A stretch of 64,000 nt of DNA from Alphaproteobacteria bacterium (GCA_963555825.3 CAUVXB020000001.1:1312001-1376000); one strand, 5' to 3'; shown: positions 1-9,797, numbered from the stretch's first letter. Notes: a model not told the origin generated them from the sequence alone. Program-made: numbers and translations.

Positions 1-2
1 AC

Positions 3-362
3 TTCCTCGAGGCGCTCCGCCTGGCCGACCGTATCGCCATCATGAAGGACGGCGAGATCGTCCAGATCGGCACCCCCGCCGAGGTCGTCATGCAGCCCGC
101 CGACGAATACGTCACCGAGTTCACCCAGGACGTACCCCGGGTCAAGATCATCACCGCCGGTGACATCATGTCGCCGGCGGATTCGGATGCCGGAATCGGG
201 GCTACGGTGGGCGCGGGCACCACGCTCGAGCAGTTGATGCCCCGCTTCAGAAAGGGCATGACGCCCGTGGCGGTGACCGGCGCCGACGGCGCGGTCATCG
301 GCCAGGTTTCGGCGCAGGACGTGCTTACCGCGTTGGCCAGCGCCGAGGACGAGCCCGAATGA
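3..362 (+). CDS. proV: Glycine betaine/proline-type ABC transporter ATP-binding subunit, C-terminal part (5' end outside window)
   Basis: Frame from base 3 reads [32 protein letters not shown] followed by a CBS-like tail; its stop overlaps the start of the permease gene. Confidence 0.8.
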   Translation, partial: FLEALRLADRIAIMKDGEIVQIGTPAEVVMQPADEYVTEFTQDVPRVKIITAGDIMSPADSDAGIGATVGAGTTLEQLMPRFRKGMTPVAVTGADGAVIGQVSAQDVLTALASAEDEPE

Positions 363-866
363 CGACCGTCGAGGACGCCCACGGCCTGCTCGAAGAGGCG
401 CCCCCGCGGCGCAGCGATTGGGGCCTGATCACCTGGCTGGCCGTCGCCGTCATCGCCGCCGCCTGCTTCTACTTGAGGACGGATCACGCGTGGCTGATCA
501 GCTACCCGGACGACGGGGTACCGCCGATCCGCGACTGGTGCAATGTGGCGATGGACTGGTTCGTCCTGGTCTTCAAGCCGCTGTTCCGCGCCATAAGCTG
601 GCTGCTCGACTGGCCGATGACCTGGCTCAAGGATCTGCTGCACTGGCTGCCCTGGCCGGCGACCATTGCCATCGTCACCGTCATGGCCCATGCCGCGTCC
701 GGCTGGCGCCTCGCCCTGTTCAGTATGCTGGCGTCGCTTTACATGGTGGTCGTCGGCTATTGGGACGAGAGCATGAACACCCTGGCGCTGGTTGGCGTCT
801 CGGTGCCGGTATCGGTCGGCGGCGGGTTCCTGCTCGGCCTGCTCGGCTTCAAGTCGCCCATGGTCC
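359..866 (+). pseudogene. proW: ProW-like ABC permease, truncated by ISKra4-family insertion
   Basis: Hydrophobic ProW-like segments (WLPWPA, GYWDESMNTLALVGVSVP); similarity ends at 866 where the IS end GGGTGCGAG begins. Confidence 0.75.
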
Positions 867-1170
867 GGGTGCGAGTCTCGCATGGCAGTGATGTCTGCGG
901 CTTGGTTCGTTGAGTTCAGGCAGCGATTGCCATGGCTGCTGCACGTGGACTGATGTTGTCGTTGGCCGGTGTGTCGGTTGCGCTGATCAGGGCCTTCCAT
1001 GCCCGCTCGAAGCGGCCGGATTTGATCAGGGCGCGGAAGGTCAGAACAGCCTTGAGAACGGCAGAGCAATAATCCCCCACTGAAGCGGCCGGTCGATCCG
1101 GCTGCGGCGGACCAAAATGGGACCGCGTATAGCCTTCTGTCAGGGTTGCTCTGACTGGAAGGCGGGGGGG

Positions 1171-2670
1171 ATGTATCGGGTGGAGTTGTACGCACGGGTT
1201 CGGCGGGCGTGTCATGTCGAGGGGATGAGCACCCGCGAGGCCTCGCGGGTGTTTGGTGTAGACCGCAAGACGGTCCGTAAGATGCTGTCGTTCTCGGTGC
1301 CGCCAGGGTATCGCCGAAGCGCGCCGCCGAGGCGGCCAAAGCTGGGTCCGTTCACGGGAATCATCGATCGGATCTTGGAAGACGATCGGACCAGCCACCG
1401 CAAGCAACGGCACACTGCGAAGCGCATCTTCGACCGCCTCCGGGACGAGTACGGTTTCACGGGCGGCTACACCATCGTGAAGGACTACGTTCGTGAGCAG
1501 GGGCTTCGGTCGCGTGAGGTGTTCGTGCCACTCTCCCATTCCCCCGGTCACGCCCAGGCGGACTTCGGCGAAGCGATGGCGGTGATCGGCGGCGCGTTAC
1601 GGAAGATCCACTTCCTTGCCTTCGACCTTCCCCACAGTGATGGTTGCTTTGTTGCGGCCTATCCGGCGGAGACGACCGAAGCATTCTGCGATGGCCACAA
1701 CGCGGCGTTTGCCTTCTTCGGCGGCGTCCCCCGATCCATCCTGTACGACAACACCAAGCTGGCGGTTGCCCGGATCCTGGGCGATGGGAAGCGGCAGCGA
1801 ACGCGCGTCTTCACGGAGCTTCAGTCCCACTATCTGTTCGAGGACAGGTTCGGCCGGCCGGGCAAGGGCAACGACAAGGGCAAGGTCGAGGGACTGGTCG
1901 GCTTCATCCGGCGGAACTTCCTGGTCCCCGTCCCGCGTGCCGAGAGCTTCGCGGCCCTCAACGATGCTCTCGCCGAACAGTGCCGCCGGCGCCAGGCGGC
2001 GCGGCTGCGGGGCCACAAGGAGACCATCGGCGAGCGTCTCGAGCGGGATCGTCAAGTTCTCTTGCCATTGCCGCCTGCTCCCTATGATGCCTGCGATAAG
2101 CGCCCTGGACGGGCGAGTTCGCTGTCGCTGGTGCGTTACCGCAGCAACGACTATTCCGTGCCCGTGGCCTACGGCCACCGTGAGGTGCTCATCCGGGGCT
2201 ACGTCGATGAGGTGGTGATCAGCTGCGGGGCCGAGGTGATCGCCCGGCACCGCCGGTCCTACGACAGCGAGGACCTGATCTTCGACCCGCTGCATTACCT
2301 GCCCTTGATCGAGCAGAAGATCGGCGCCCTCGACCAGGCCGCGCCATTGGCGGGCTGGGACCTGCCCGAGGCCTTCATCACTCTGCGGCGGCTCCTCGAA
2401 GCTCGTATGGGCAAGGCAGGCAAGCGCGAGTACGTCCAGGTGCTCCGTCTACTGGAGACCTTCCGGCTCGAGGAGGTCGAGGGTGCGGTCGGCGACGCCC
2501 TGCGGCTCGGCGCAATCGGCTTTGATGCGGTGAAGCACCTGGTACTGTGCCGCATCGAGCGGCGGCCGCCCAGGCTCAACCTCGACGTCTATCCGTATCT
2601 GCCGCGCGCCCGGGTCGCGATGACGTCCGCCAAGTCGTACATGAGCCTGCTGTCGGGGCTCGGCGCATGA
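1171..2670 (+). CDS. istA: IS21 transposase IstA
   Basis: N-terminal HTH, AQADFG, LYDN and KGKVE DDE motifs. Confidence 0.95.
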   Translation: MYRVELYARVRRACHVEGMSTREASRVFGVDRKTVRKMLSFSVPPGYRRSAPPRRPKLGPFTGIIDRILEDDRTSHRKQRHTAKRIFDRLRDEYGFTGGYTIVKDYVREQGLRSREVFVPLSHSPGHAQADFGEAMAVIGGALRKIHFLAFDLPHSDGCFVAAYPAETTEAFCDGHNAAFAFFGGVPRSILYDNTKLAVARILGDGKRQRTRVFTELQSHYLFEDRFGRPGKGNDKGKVEGLVGFIRRNFLVPVPRAESFAALNDALAEQCRRRQAARLRGHKETIGERLERDRQVLLPLPPAPYDACDKRPGRASSLSLVRYRSNDYSVPVAYGHREVLIRGYVDEVVISCGAEVIARHRRSYDSEDLIFDPLHYLPLIEQKIGALDQAAPLAGWDLPEAFITLRRLLEARMGKAGKREYVQVLRLLETFRLEEVEGAVGDALRLGAIGFDAVKHLVLCRIERRPPRLNLDVYPYLPRARVAMTSAKSYMSLLSGLGA

Positions 2671-3431
2671 CCGACACACCGCAAGTGCTGCTCGCCCACC
2701 ACCTCAAGACGCTGAAGCTGCCGACCTTCCTGCGCGAGTACGACAAGATCGCCCGGCAGTGCGCCTCGGAAGGCGTCGATCACGTCCGCTACCTGTTGAG
2801 ACTCGCCGAGCTCGAGCTGATCGACCGCGAGCGCCGCATGGTCGAGCGGCGCATCAAGGCGGCGCGCTTCCCCGTGGTCAAGAGCCTCGACAGCTTCGAC
2901 TTCAAGGTCATCCCCTCGCTCAACAAGGCGCTGGTCCTGGAGCTGGCCCGCTGCGAGTACATCGAGCGCCGCGAGAACCTCATCGCGCTCGGCAACAGTG
3001 GGACCGGCAAGACCCACATCGCCCTCGGTCTCGGCCTGGCGGCCTGCCAGAAGGGCCTCTCGGTCGGCTTCATCACCGCCGCCGCGCTGGTCCACGAACT
3101 CATCGAGGCCCGCGATGACAAGCAGCTGCTGAGGTTCCAGAAGAAGCTCGCCACCTACAAGCTTCTGATCGTCGACGAACTCGGCTTCGTGCCGCTGTCG
3201 AAGACCGGCGCCGAGCTGTTGTTCGAGGTGTTCAGCCAACGCTACGAGCGGGGCTCGACCCTGGTCACCACCAATCTGCCCTTCGACGAATGGACCGAGG
3301 TGTTCGGCTCCGAGCGCCTCACCGGCGCGCTCCTCGATCGCCTCACCCACCACGTCAACATCCTCGAGATGAACGGTGACAGCTACAGGCTCAACCAGAG
3401 CCGCAGGCGTCAAACCCCGACTGCTAACTGA
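2667..3431 (+). CDS. istB: IS21 helper ATPase IstB
   Basis: Walker A GNSGTGKT, Walker B LLIVDELG, LDRLTHH; ATGA overlap with istA. Confidence 0.95.
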   Translation: MTDTPQVLLAHHLKTLKLPTFLREYDKIARQCASEGVDHVRYLLRLAELELIDRERRMVERRIKAARFPVVKSLDSFDFKVIPSLNKALVLELARCEYIERRENLIALGNSGTGKTHIALGLGLAACQKGLSVGFITAAALVHELIEARDDKQLLRFQKKLATYKLLIVDELGFVPLSKTGAELLFEVFSQRYERGSTLVTTNLPFDEWTEVFGSERLTGALLDRLTHHVNILEMNGDSYRLNQSRRRQTPTAN

Positions 3432-4686
3432 ACCGACCACCCAGCCCACGCTTGACCCCGTGGGCCCACAGGTCCCTCCCGCGCGCGCCGCCGCGTCAGC
3501 CTGTTGAGGGCACGCCGCGTCGCGCGCGGGGCCCTCCCGTGGACTACGGGGACAAGCCCGCAGCCGCCAAGCGGTCCCTTCTTACACCGCCGAGGTGGTC
3601 CCTTTTTGCTCCGCCATTGACACAGCCTGTCCGCCGACGATCCGCCAGCGCATGCCGGAGCGCTTCATGCGCTGTGTCACCAGGGTCTTGTTGGCAGCTT
3701 CGACCACGCCTGAGCCGATGGCGATGCCCTCTTCCTTCAGGGCGTGGTAGCGCATGCGATGGCGATGCTTGCGGAAGAAGGCGAGTTCCCGCTCGGTCTC
3801 GGCCCGGTCCGGCGCAGCGGCGGCATCGCGAAGGTGGCGCAGCGCCCGGATCACCTTGGCGACGCCACGGGGATCGTGACGGAGGATCTCGCGGTACTTC
3901 TCGAACCAGCCGGGCGCCACGGCATGGTCGGACGCGGTTTGCAGATGTTCGCAAGCATGCCAGAAGTCGATCACCTCGGTTTCGGGCGACAGGGTCTCCA
4001 GGAAGGTCCAGTTGTCGGCGGCGCCATCGGCGATAGCGACGATCCCGATCTCGGGGCGTGCTCGCCTGATGTGTGCGACTTCGCTTGCAAGCTGCGCCTT
4101 CAGCGTGAGCTTGCCGCTCTCCGGCATGCGGCCGAGATAGAGGGTCTTCAGGCGCTTGCCCTCGGCGTCGTGGAAGGAGACCGTGCCGCAGGCAGCCTCG
4201 CGCCAGGAGGCCTTGGCGCGACCGTCCTCGCCGGGTCTCAGCGGCACCATGACGCCGTCGAGGGAGACCGAGGCGGTGGTCGCGTCCTGCGGTATGCCCT
4301 CGGCCTCACGGATGCTGCCCAGCGTCTCCGGGCCGAGGCTCTCCCAGCATTCGTGCATGCTCAGGGTCAGGCGCTGCAGGGTGCTCACCGACGGCGTCAT
4401 GGCGCCGGTCTTCGCAAAGAACGCCGCCGCTTCCCGGGCCGTGCAGTGACCCATCATCAGCAGACCGAGCTCGGCCGCCGGCCGCGTCAGGTAATCGTCG
4501 ACGAGGCCCAGGCTCTCGTCGACCGGCACCGGCGATGCCCCGCTCGCGCCGCTGCGGTAACGCGCTCGCCGGTAGGTGTGCCTCCCATTTATCTCATCCG
4601 GGGTGCATCAAGAACGCCGACCGGTCCGCCGGCACTGGTGATGGCACCATCTTCGCTGTGAGGCGGGCATAGTCATCTTCGGAAAC

Positions 4687-5492
4687 GGTGCTGTCAACTT
4701 AACGAAGGCAGGTCGCAGTTGAACGTCTGAACTGAGCGGCTCAAGCAGCAGCGGTCACGGTCCGCCACGTGTTCATCGCGTCACCGCGGAATTGGCGCAT
4801 TGTCTTGCGAGTGATCAGATGACGTTGGACATTGAAGGTGTTGTAGATGGCGGCGTGGGTGGAGAGAAACCTTTGCGCCGATCCTGATGACTTGAAGCCC
4901 TGCATCCTGCGTTCTCGTTGTCGAACCGGCAGGTGCGAATTCTCCGCCCGATTGTTGCTCCGTCCGCCGGTAACGTGTTTCCCCGTCATGTTGAGATCAC
5001 GCAATGCTGCCCCGTAAGATGGCAGTTTATCGGTCACCACCTTATTCGGCGCATACCCCTGCTTCTTGAGCAGTTTGCGCATCAGCTTGAGTGCTGCTTT
5101 CTTGTTCCTCCGGGACTGAACCAGGATATCCAGCACCTCACCCTCGCTGTCCACCGCCCGCCATAGATACATCCGTTTTCCGTTGATGGAGGAAAACACC
5201 TCATCAAGGTGCCACCGGTCGTCTGGTCGAGGGCGTGATTGTCTCAGTTTTCGGGCATAGGCCTGCCCAAACTTTAAAGCCCAGCGCCGTATCGTCTCGT
5301 AAGAAACATCGACACCACGTTCAGCGAGCAGATCCTCCACATCGCGGTAACTGAGCGGAAACCGGAAACACAGCCAGACGGCGCGCTGGATTATCTCTGC
5401 AGGAAACCGATGTCGGCGGTAGCTGATCTTGTTCATAACAGGAAGCTACTCGCCACCCGCAGCTGACACCAGCCAGTTACCGTGACAGCACC
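4687..5492 (-). mobile_element. IS6-family insertion sequence, 806 bp
   Basis: Terminal IRs GGTGCTGTCA / TGACAGCACC; no flanking direct repeat visible. Confidence 0.93.
4741..5436 (-). CDS. IS6-family transposase
   Basis: RRHRFP, WHLDEVF, YLWRAVD, VTDKLPSY, NNRAENSH motifs. Confidence 0.95.
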   Translation of the reverse strand: MNKISYRRHRFPAEIIQRAVWLCFRFPLSYRDVEDLLAERGVDVSYETIRRWALKFGQAYARKLRQSRPRPDDRWHLDEVFSSINGKRMYLWRAVDSEGEVLDILVQSRRNKKAALKLMRKLLKKQGYAPNKVVTDKLPSYGAALRDLNMTGKHVTGGRSNNRAENSHLPVRQRERRMQGFKSSGSAQRFLSTHAAIYNTFNVQRHLITRKTMRQFRGDAMNTWRTVTAAA

Positions 5493-5613
5493 CTAAAAAG
5501 GATGTCTGGCTCCGGCCCCTGCGACGGGATTGGAAACGCACCCTCAATCGCTAAAATCGGCCGGGGCGAATGGAAACGCCCGCGCTGATTCCACGGCCTG
5601 AACGAACGCTTAC
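5493..5613 (+). mobile_element. Right-end remnant of a second copy of the IS66 element
   Basis: Matches 9202-9322 (end of DUF4338 gene plus right IR); cut off exactly at the IS6 end. Confidence 0.9.
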
Positions 5614-5745
5614 GGTTCGCGGGTAAGCGTTCGTTCAGGCCGTGGAATGGGTCCCGTCAAGCGCATCTCCCACGTTGAGGCGAGGCCCCACAAGGTGCTG
5701 TCTTTCTGCTGGTAACGCGATTTGCCATGCGCTATCGTCGTGCGC

Positions 5746-8385
5746 ATGGTGGTTCTGGACGAGGATTTTGGCACCAACCTGACGCTGGTCGAGGGTAATG
5801 GCGGGGTCCGGTTGTCCCCCGTGTCGGTGCCGGAGCACGCGCCGCGCGACTGGCGGTCACAGTGTGAGCGGGAACGGGCGCGGGCGGACGCGGCCGAAGC
5901 GCGCGCGGAAGAGCTGCGCTGGGCGGAAGTGGCCGCCCGCAGCGATGGCGGTTCGTGGAAGTCTCGGTTCAAGGCCTGCCGGCGCAGGCTGAGTGAGGCC
6001 GTCGAAGAGACGAAGGAAGCCCGCCGCACGGCAAGGGACGTGCCGTCCTTGCAGGCGGAAGTGGCGCGCCTGGAGACGCTCCTTTCTGAAGCCGGCATCG
6101 CGTCGGCCTTCGATACGGCCGGGGCGCTGCGCAAGGAGAACGCCCGGCTGCGCAAGGCCCTGGCGGCATCGAAGGCCCGAGAGGGCGCGACCGGGCCGTG
6201 GCCCGCTCCGCCCCGGCGGCGCACCGTCCTGGAGCCTTCCCCGGACCAGAAGGAGACCGTCAGGTCGCTTCGCACGGAACTCCGCCGGCTCGACAAGGAG
6301 GTGGTCCGGCGGGACAAGGAGAACGCCCGGCTGAACACGCGCCTCGACCAGGAGAAGGAGAGGACGGAGCGCATCAGGGAGACCGCGAAGAAGCTGTCCA
6401 GCGAGTCCCTTCGGCTCCACCGGGAGGTGAGGATACTGGGCGACGCCGAGGCCCGCGCCCGGTCGCTGTCCGACGAGGTTTTCTGGCTGCGCCATGCCCT
6501 GGAGGTGTCCAAAGCCGGTAAGGAGAAGTTGAAGGCCCGGCTCGCCAAGCTTCGGGCGGCCGGGGCGACGCTGTCGAAGCTGCCGTCCGACGAGGCTGCT
6601 CAACTGCGCGCGGCGTTGAGGCGGTCGCGGCGCCAGAAGACGACGATCGAGGCGCTGCGCAAGGGCAACGCCCGTCTGCGCAGGACCATGCGGAAGTTGG
6701 AGACCCGGAAAGCGGCGCTGGCGGTTCAGCCTGCCAAGCTTCGCGCGATCAGGAAGGCACTCGAGTCCGAGCTTGCCGGGCTTCGGGCGGTCAGGAAGAC
6801 GTTGTCGAAGTCGCTGTCCGTTGCAGACGCCGATCTCCGCAGGGCTCTGCGAAGGTCGCGGCGCCAGAAGGCTACGATCAAGTCGCTGTCCCGGGAGAAC
6901 GCCCGCCTGCGCAAGGGCGCGAAGACGTCGCGGAACCGGATCGAGACGCTGGAAGTCCAGCTTGAGAGGCTTCGTGCGACCGGGGCGGTGCTGTCGAGGG
7001 CGCTCTACGGCCGCAAGAGCGAGCAGCAGGACAAGCCGGGCTCGGAACACAAGCGCGGCCAGCAGCGCGGCGCGCCCGGCCACGGCCGCACCCAGCGGCC
7101 CGGGCTCGATGAGCGCACCGAAGAGCACAACCCGCCGCCGGATGCGTGCGTCTGCGGCCGGTGCGGGCAGCCCTATGCGCCGAACGGCGCCGAGGAATCC
7201 ACCCTCGTCGAGATCGAGGTCAAGGCCTACAAGCGCGTGATCCGCCGTCCGCGCTGGCGCCGGACCTGCGAGTGCGCGTCGTCGCCCATGGAAGTGTCGG
7301 CGCCCCCGGTGCCGCGGCTGTTCCCCAGGACGCTCTACGGGACCAGCTTCTGGGCACGCTTCCTGTTCGAGCACTGTGCCTGCTTCCGCCCCGTGCACCG
7401 CGTTGCCGCGTGGATGTCCGCCCAAGGGCTGACGGTCTCGCCGGGGACGCTGGCCGACAGCCTGAAGCGGTTCGTGCCGCTGCTCGAGCCGCTGGCCGAG
7501 GCGATCCTTGCGCACCAGAACAAGGCGGCGCTGCGCCATGCCGACGAGACCAGCTGGCGCGTCCAGGAACTTCGCGGGGAAGACCGCTCGAGCCGCGCCT
7601 GGCTGTGGGTCTCGGTCAGCAATGACGCGGTCTCTTTCCATATCGACCCCTCGCGCAGCGCCGAGGCGGCGCAGAAGCTGTTCGGCGACGCTCTCCTCGA
7701 CACGGTCATCGTCTGCGATCGCTATAGCGCCTACAAGCGACTCGCTCGCCTTCGCGAGGGCAAGGTGACCCTTGCATTCTGTTGGTCCCATATGCGCCGC
7801 GATTTTGTCGAGTGCGCGGCCGGCCAGGTGAGACTGACGGACTGGTGCCAGGGATGGATCGAGCGGATCGCGTCGATCTACCGCCTGAACGAGGCGAGGT
7901 TGGCTCATTACGACCCCGTGATCAAGCGCCAGACGCCGGCGTTCGACGCGGCGCAGGGCGCGTTGAAGGCGGCGCTCGACGGCCTGTTCGCGGAGGCCGC
8001 CCGGGAGTTGGTCGGCCTGCCGGACCAGGCGCGCCAGGGCAGGGCGCTGCGCTCGCTGCTGAACCATCGCGAAGGGCTGAGCGTGTTCGTCGACCGCCCG
8101 CAGGTGCCTCTGGATAACAATCGCGCCGAAAGATTGTTACGAGGTCCGGCCATAGGGCGACGGCTGTCGTTCGGTTCCGACAGCGAGGACGGCGCCAGGT
8201 TCACGGCGATCATGTACTCGGTGGTGGGCACGCTCTCGATGAATGGCATCGACATCCTGAGCTGGCTGGACACGTGGCTCGCAGCGTGCGCGGAGAACGA
8301 TCGCAAACCACCGGACGACCTGTCGCCGTGGCTGCCATGGTCGATGAGCGAGGAGCGCAGGCGCGAACTCATGGCGCCGGCGTGA
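5746..8385 (+). CDS. IS66-family transposase TnpC with long repetitive coiled-coil N-terminus
   Basis: LYGRKSE, CVCGRCG zinc finger, HADETSW, VCDRYSAY, CWSHMRR, LDNNRAERLLR; start codon uncertain (5722 or 5746). Confidence 0.9.
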   Translation: MVVLDEDFGTNLTLVEGNGGVRLSPVSVPEHAPRDWRSQCERERARADAAEARAEELRWAEVAARSDGGSWKSRFKACRRRLSEAVEETKEARRTARDVPSLQAEVARLETLLSEAGIASAFDTAGALRKENARLRKALAASKAREGATGPWPAPPRRRTVLEPSPDQKETVRSLRTELRRLDKEVVRRDKENARLNTRLDQEKERTERIRETAKKLSSESLRLHREVRILGDAEARARSLSDEVFWLRHALEVSKAGKEKLKARLAKLRAAGATLSKLPSDEAAQLRAALRRSRRQKTTIEALRKGNARLRRTMRKLETRKAALAVQPAKLRAIRKALESELAGLRAVRKTLSKSLSVADADLRRALRRSRRQKATIKSLSRENARLRKGAKTSRNRIETLEVQLERLRATGAVLSRALYGRKSEQQDKPGSEHKRGQQRGAPGHGRTQRPGLDERTEEHNPPPDACVCGRCGQPYAPNGAEESTLVEIEVKAYKRVIRRPRWRRTCECASSPMEVSAPPVPRLFPRTLYGTSFWARFLFEHCACFRPVHRVAAWMSAQGLTVSPGTLADSLKRFVPLLEPLAEAILAHQNKAALRHADETSWRVQELRGEDRSSRAWLWVSVSNDAVSFHIDPSRSAEAAQKLFGDALLDTVIVCDRYSAYKRLARLREGKVTLAFCWSHMRRDFVECAAGQVRLTDWCQGWIERIASIYRLNEARLAHYDPVIKRQTPAFDAAQGALKAALDGLFAEAARELVGLPDQARQGRALRSLLNHREGLSVFVDRPQVPLDNNRAERLLRGPAIGRRLSFGSDSEDGARFTAIMYSVVGTLSMNGIDILSWLDTWLAACAENDRKPPDDLSPWLPWSMSEERRRELMAPA

Positions 8386-9263
8386 CCGGCGCGATCGAGT
8401 GCCGTTATTACGGCCGCGACTTCACCGCCGGGGAAATGGCGCTGCTGCGCGCGCTGATCGCCGGGCCGCCGCCGTTGAACCGCCATATGCTGTCGAAGGA
8501 GTTCTGCCGGCGCATCGGCTGGTTCAAGCCCGACGGCGGCCTCAAGGACATGATGGCCAGGGTCGCCATGCTGGCCATGCACAGGGACGGCCTGATCGCC
8601 CTGCCGGCGCCGCAGGGACGGCAGAACCGGCCCGGGCCGATCGTCTTCGGGCCGGACACCGAAGCGCCGCTGTTCCCGGCCCCGACGACCCTCGACAAGG
8701 TCCGTCCGCTCGACCTGCGCCCCGTCGTGCGCGGCACCCGGGAGAGCAAGCTCTGGAACGAGTTCGTCGCCCGCTACCACTATCTCGGATACAAGACCCT
8801 GGTCGGCGCCCAGATGCGCTACGCCGTCCACGACCGCGACGGCTGGCCGCTCGCCATGCTCGGCTTCTCCACCGCCGCGTGGAAGCTCGCCCCGCGCGAC
8901 AACTTCATCGGATGGACACGGCAGAAGCGCGAGAAGAACCTTCCCTTCGTGGTCGACAACCCGAGATTCCTGATCCTGCCCTGGATCAATATCCCCAACC
9001 TGGGTTCGCACATCCTGGCCATCATCCGCCGGCGCCTGCCCGATGACTGGACCGAGCGCTACAACACCACGCCCGTGCTCATCGAGACCTTCGTCGAGAC
9101 CCCGCGCTACACCGGCGCCGTTTACAGGGCCTCCGGCTGGACCCGCGTCGGGACCACCCAGGGGCGCGGGCGCTACGACCGGGACAGGCAGTCCGACAAG
9201 CCTAAAAAGGATGTCTGGCTCCGGCCCCTGCGACGGGATTGGAAACGCACCCTCAATCGCTAA
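8382..9263 (+). CDS. DUF4338 (DruA-like) domain protein inside the IS66 ends
   Basis: WNEFVARYHYLGY, GAQMRY, RDNFIGW, RFLILPW..NLGSHIL, IETFVE, GAVYRASGW..GTTQGRGR; GTGA overlap with the tnpC stop. Confidence 0.85.
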   Translation: MTGAIECRYYGRDFTAGEMALLRALIAGPPPLNRHMLSKEFCRRIGWFKPDGGLKDMMARVAMLAMHRDGLIALPAPQGRQNRPGPIVFGPDTEAPLFPAPTTLDKVRPLDLRPVVRGTRESKLWNEFVARYHYLGYKTLVGAQMRYAVHDRDGWPLAMLGFSTAAWKLAPRDNFIGWTRQKREKNLPFVVDNPRFLILPWINIPNLGSHILAIIRRRLPDDWTERYNTTPVLIETFVETPRYTGAVYRASGWTRVGTTQGRGRYDRDRQSDKPKKDVWLRPLRRDWKRTLNR

Positions 9264-9540
9264 AATCGGCCGGGGCGAATGGAAACGCCCGCGCTGATTC
9301 CACGGCCTGAACGAACGCTTACGTTCGCGGGCAGCGTGATAGTGCGGTTATGGTGAACGACGACAAATATGCGCCTGTATGCGCTGGAGTTAGATCGAAT
9401 CCGCTTGCTATTTGCTTACGGGAAAATGCGAACCGGAACAGAGGCAACCTAAATTGCACGTCGAGGAATTGAATTACGTCGTATTATCAATGGGTTATGA
9501 TAAGAGTGTCAGGACGTCTTGGCTCTGGTGAATTTTTCGG

Positions 9541-9631
9541 CGTCCGAACCCGGTAGATTGTCATTCCACGCCAGCACGTCGCGCTGGCCCGGCTTGATGG
9601 CCTCGATGCGTCGTTTCGTTAGTCTCGTGAT
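9541..9631 (-). pseudogene. N-terminal remnant of a P4-like tyrosine integrase (arm-binding domain)
   Basis: Minus strand reads ITRLTKRRIEAIKPGQRDVLAWNDNLPG then frameshifts; GGAG upstream, probable start decayed to ATC; next to the att site. Confidence 0.65.
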
Positions 9632-9639
9632 CAGCTCCA

Positions 9640-9677
9640 GGTAAGCACTGGGTAAGCACGGGTAAGCACGGGTAAGC
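9640..9677 (+). repeat. Four tandem GGTAAGCAC(T)G units, probable integrase arm-type sites
   Basis: ggtaagcactg ggtaagcacg ggtaagcacg ggtaagc between the integrase remnant and the tRNA fragment; repeat seen, function inferred. Confidence 0.6.
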
Positions 9678-9797
9678 GGAATTCCACGTATTTTGACGTA
9701 GACAACGCAGTGTTTCTACCGTGAAAATCTATGCTATTCCAATTACTAAGGGGGTTATGTGGTATTTCGCAGTACCATGCCGTAACACTGACAAACA

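Larger units (their letters stand above)
1053..3622 (+). mobile_element. IS21-family insertion sequence, 2570 bp
   Basis: TG...CA ends with imperfect IRs (TGAGAACGGCAGAGCAAT vs TGTCAATGGCGGAGCAAA); 6-bp direct repeat CAGCCT at 1047-1052 and 3623-3628; istA-istB pair. Confidence 0.95.
867..4577 (-). mobile_element. ISKra4/ISLre2-like element, transposase split by IS21 and missing its 5' end
   Basis: 3623-4577 encodes SLDGVMV..WREAACG..IADGAADNW..IDFWHACEHL..IGSGVVEAANK..RMKRSGMRW..GGQAV; removing IS21 and one CAGCCT copy continues the frame into 916-1052 (LTFRALIKSGRF..stop). Confidence 0.8.
5623..9322 (+). mobile_element. IS66-family element, 3700 bp, TnpC plus DUF4338 gene
   Basis: Perfect 26-bp IRs GTAAGCGTTCGTTCAGGCCGTGGAAT (5623-5648, 9297-9322); 8-bp target duplication GTTCGCGG (5615-5622, 9323-9330). 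Confidence 0.93.

Noticed and set aside
4578-4686. End of another IS between the ISKra4 and IS6 pieces
   Set aside because: No partner inverted repeat or transposase fragment recognisable in the window; left unassigned
5857-8067. Long antisense or alternate-frame ORFs (736 aa here; also 16344-18458, 17531-19180, 40309-42549, 50812-53145)
   Set aside because: Shadows of real genes in high-GC DNA; no recognisable motifs
8382-9263. Druantia defence system
   Set aside because: Only the DUF4338 gene is present, inside an IS; no DruE helicase or other Dru genes in the window
9640-9677. CRISPR array (also considered for the repeats at 13097-14003)
   Set aside because: Repeats are too short or mixed in orientation, have no regular unique spacers, and no cas genes are visible
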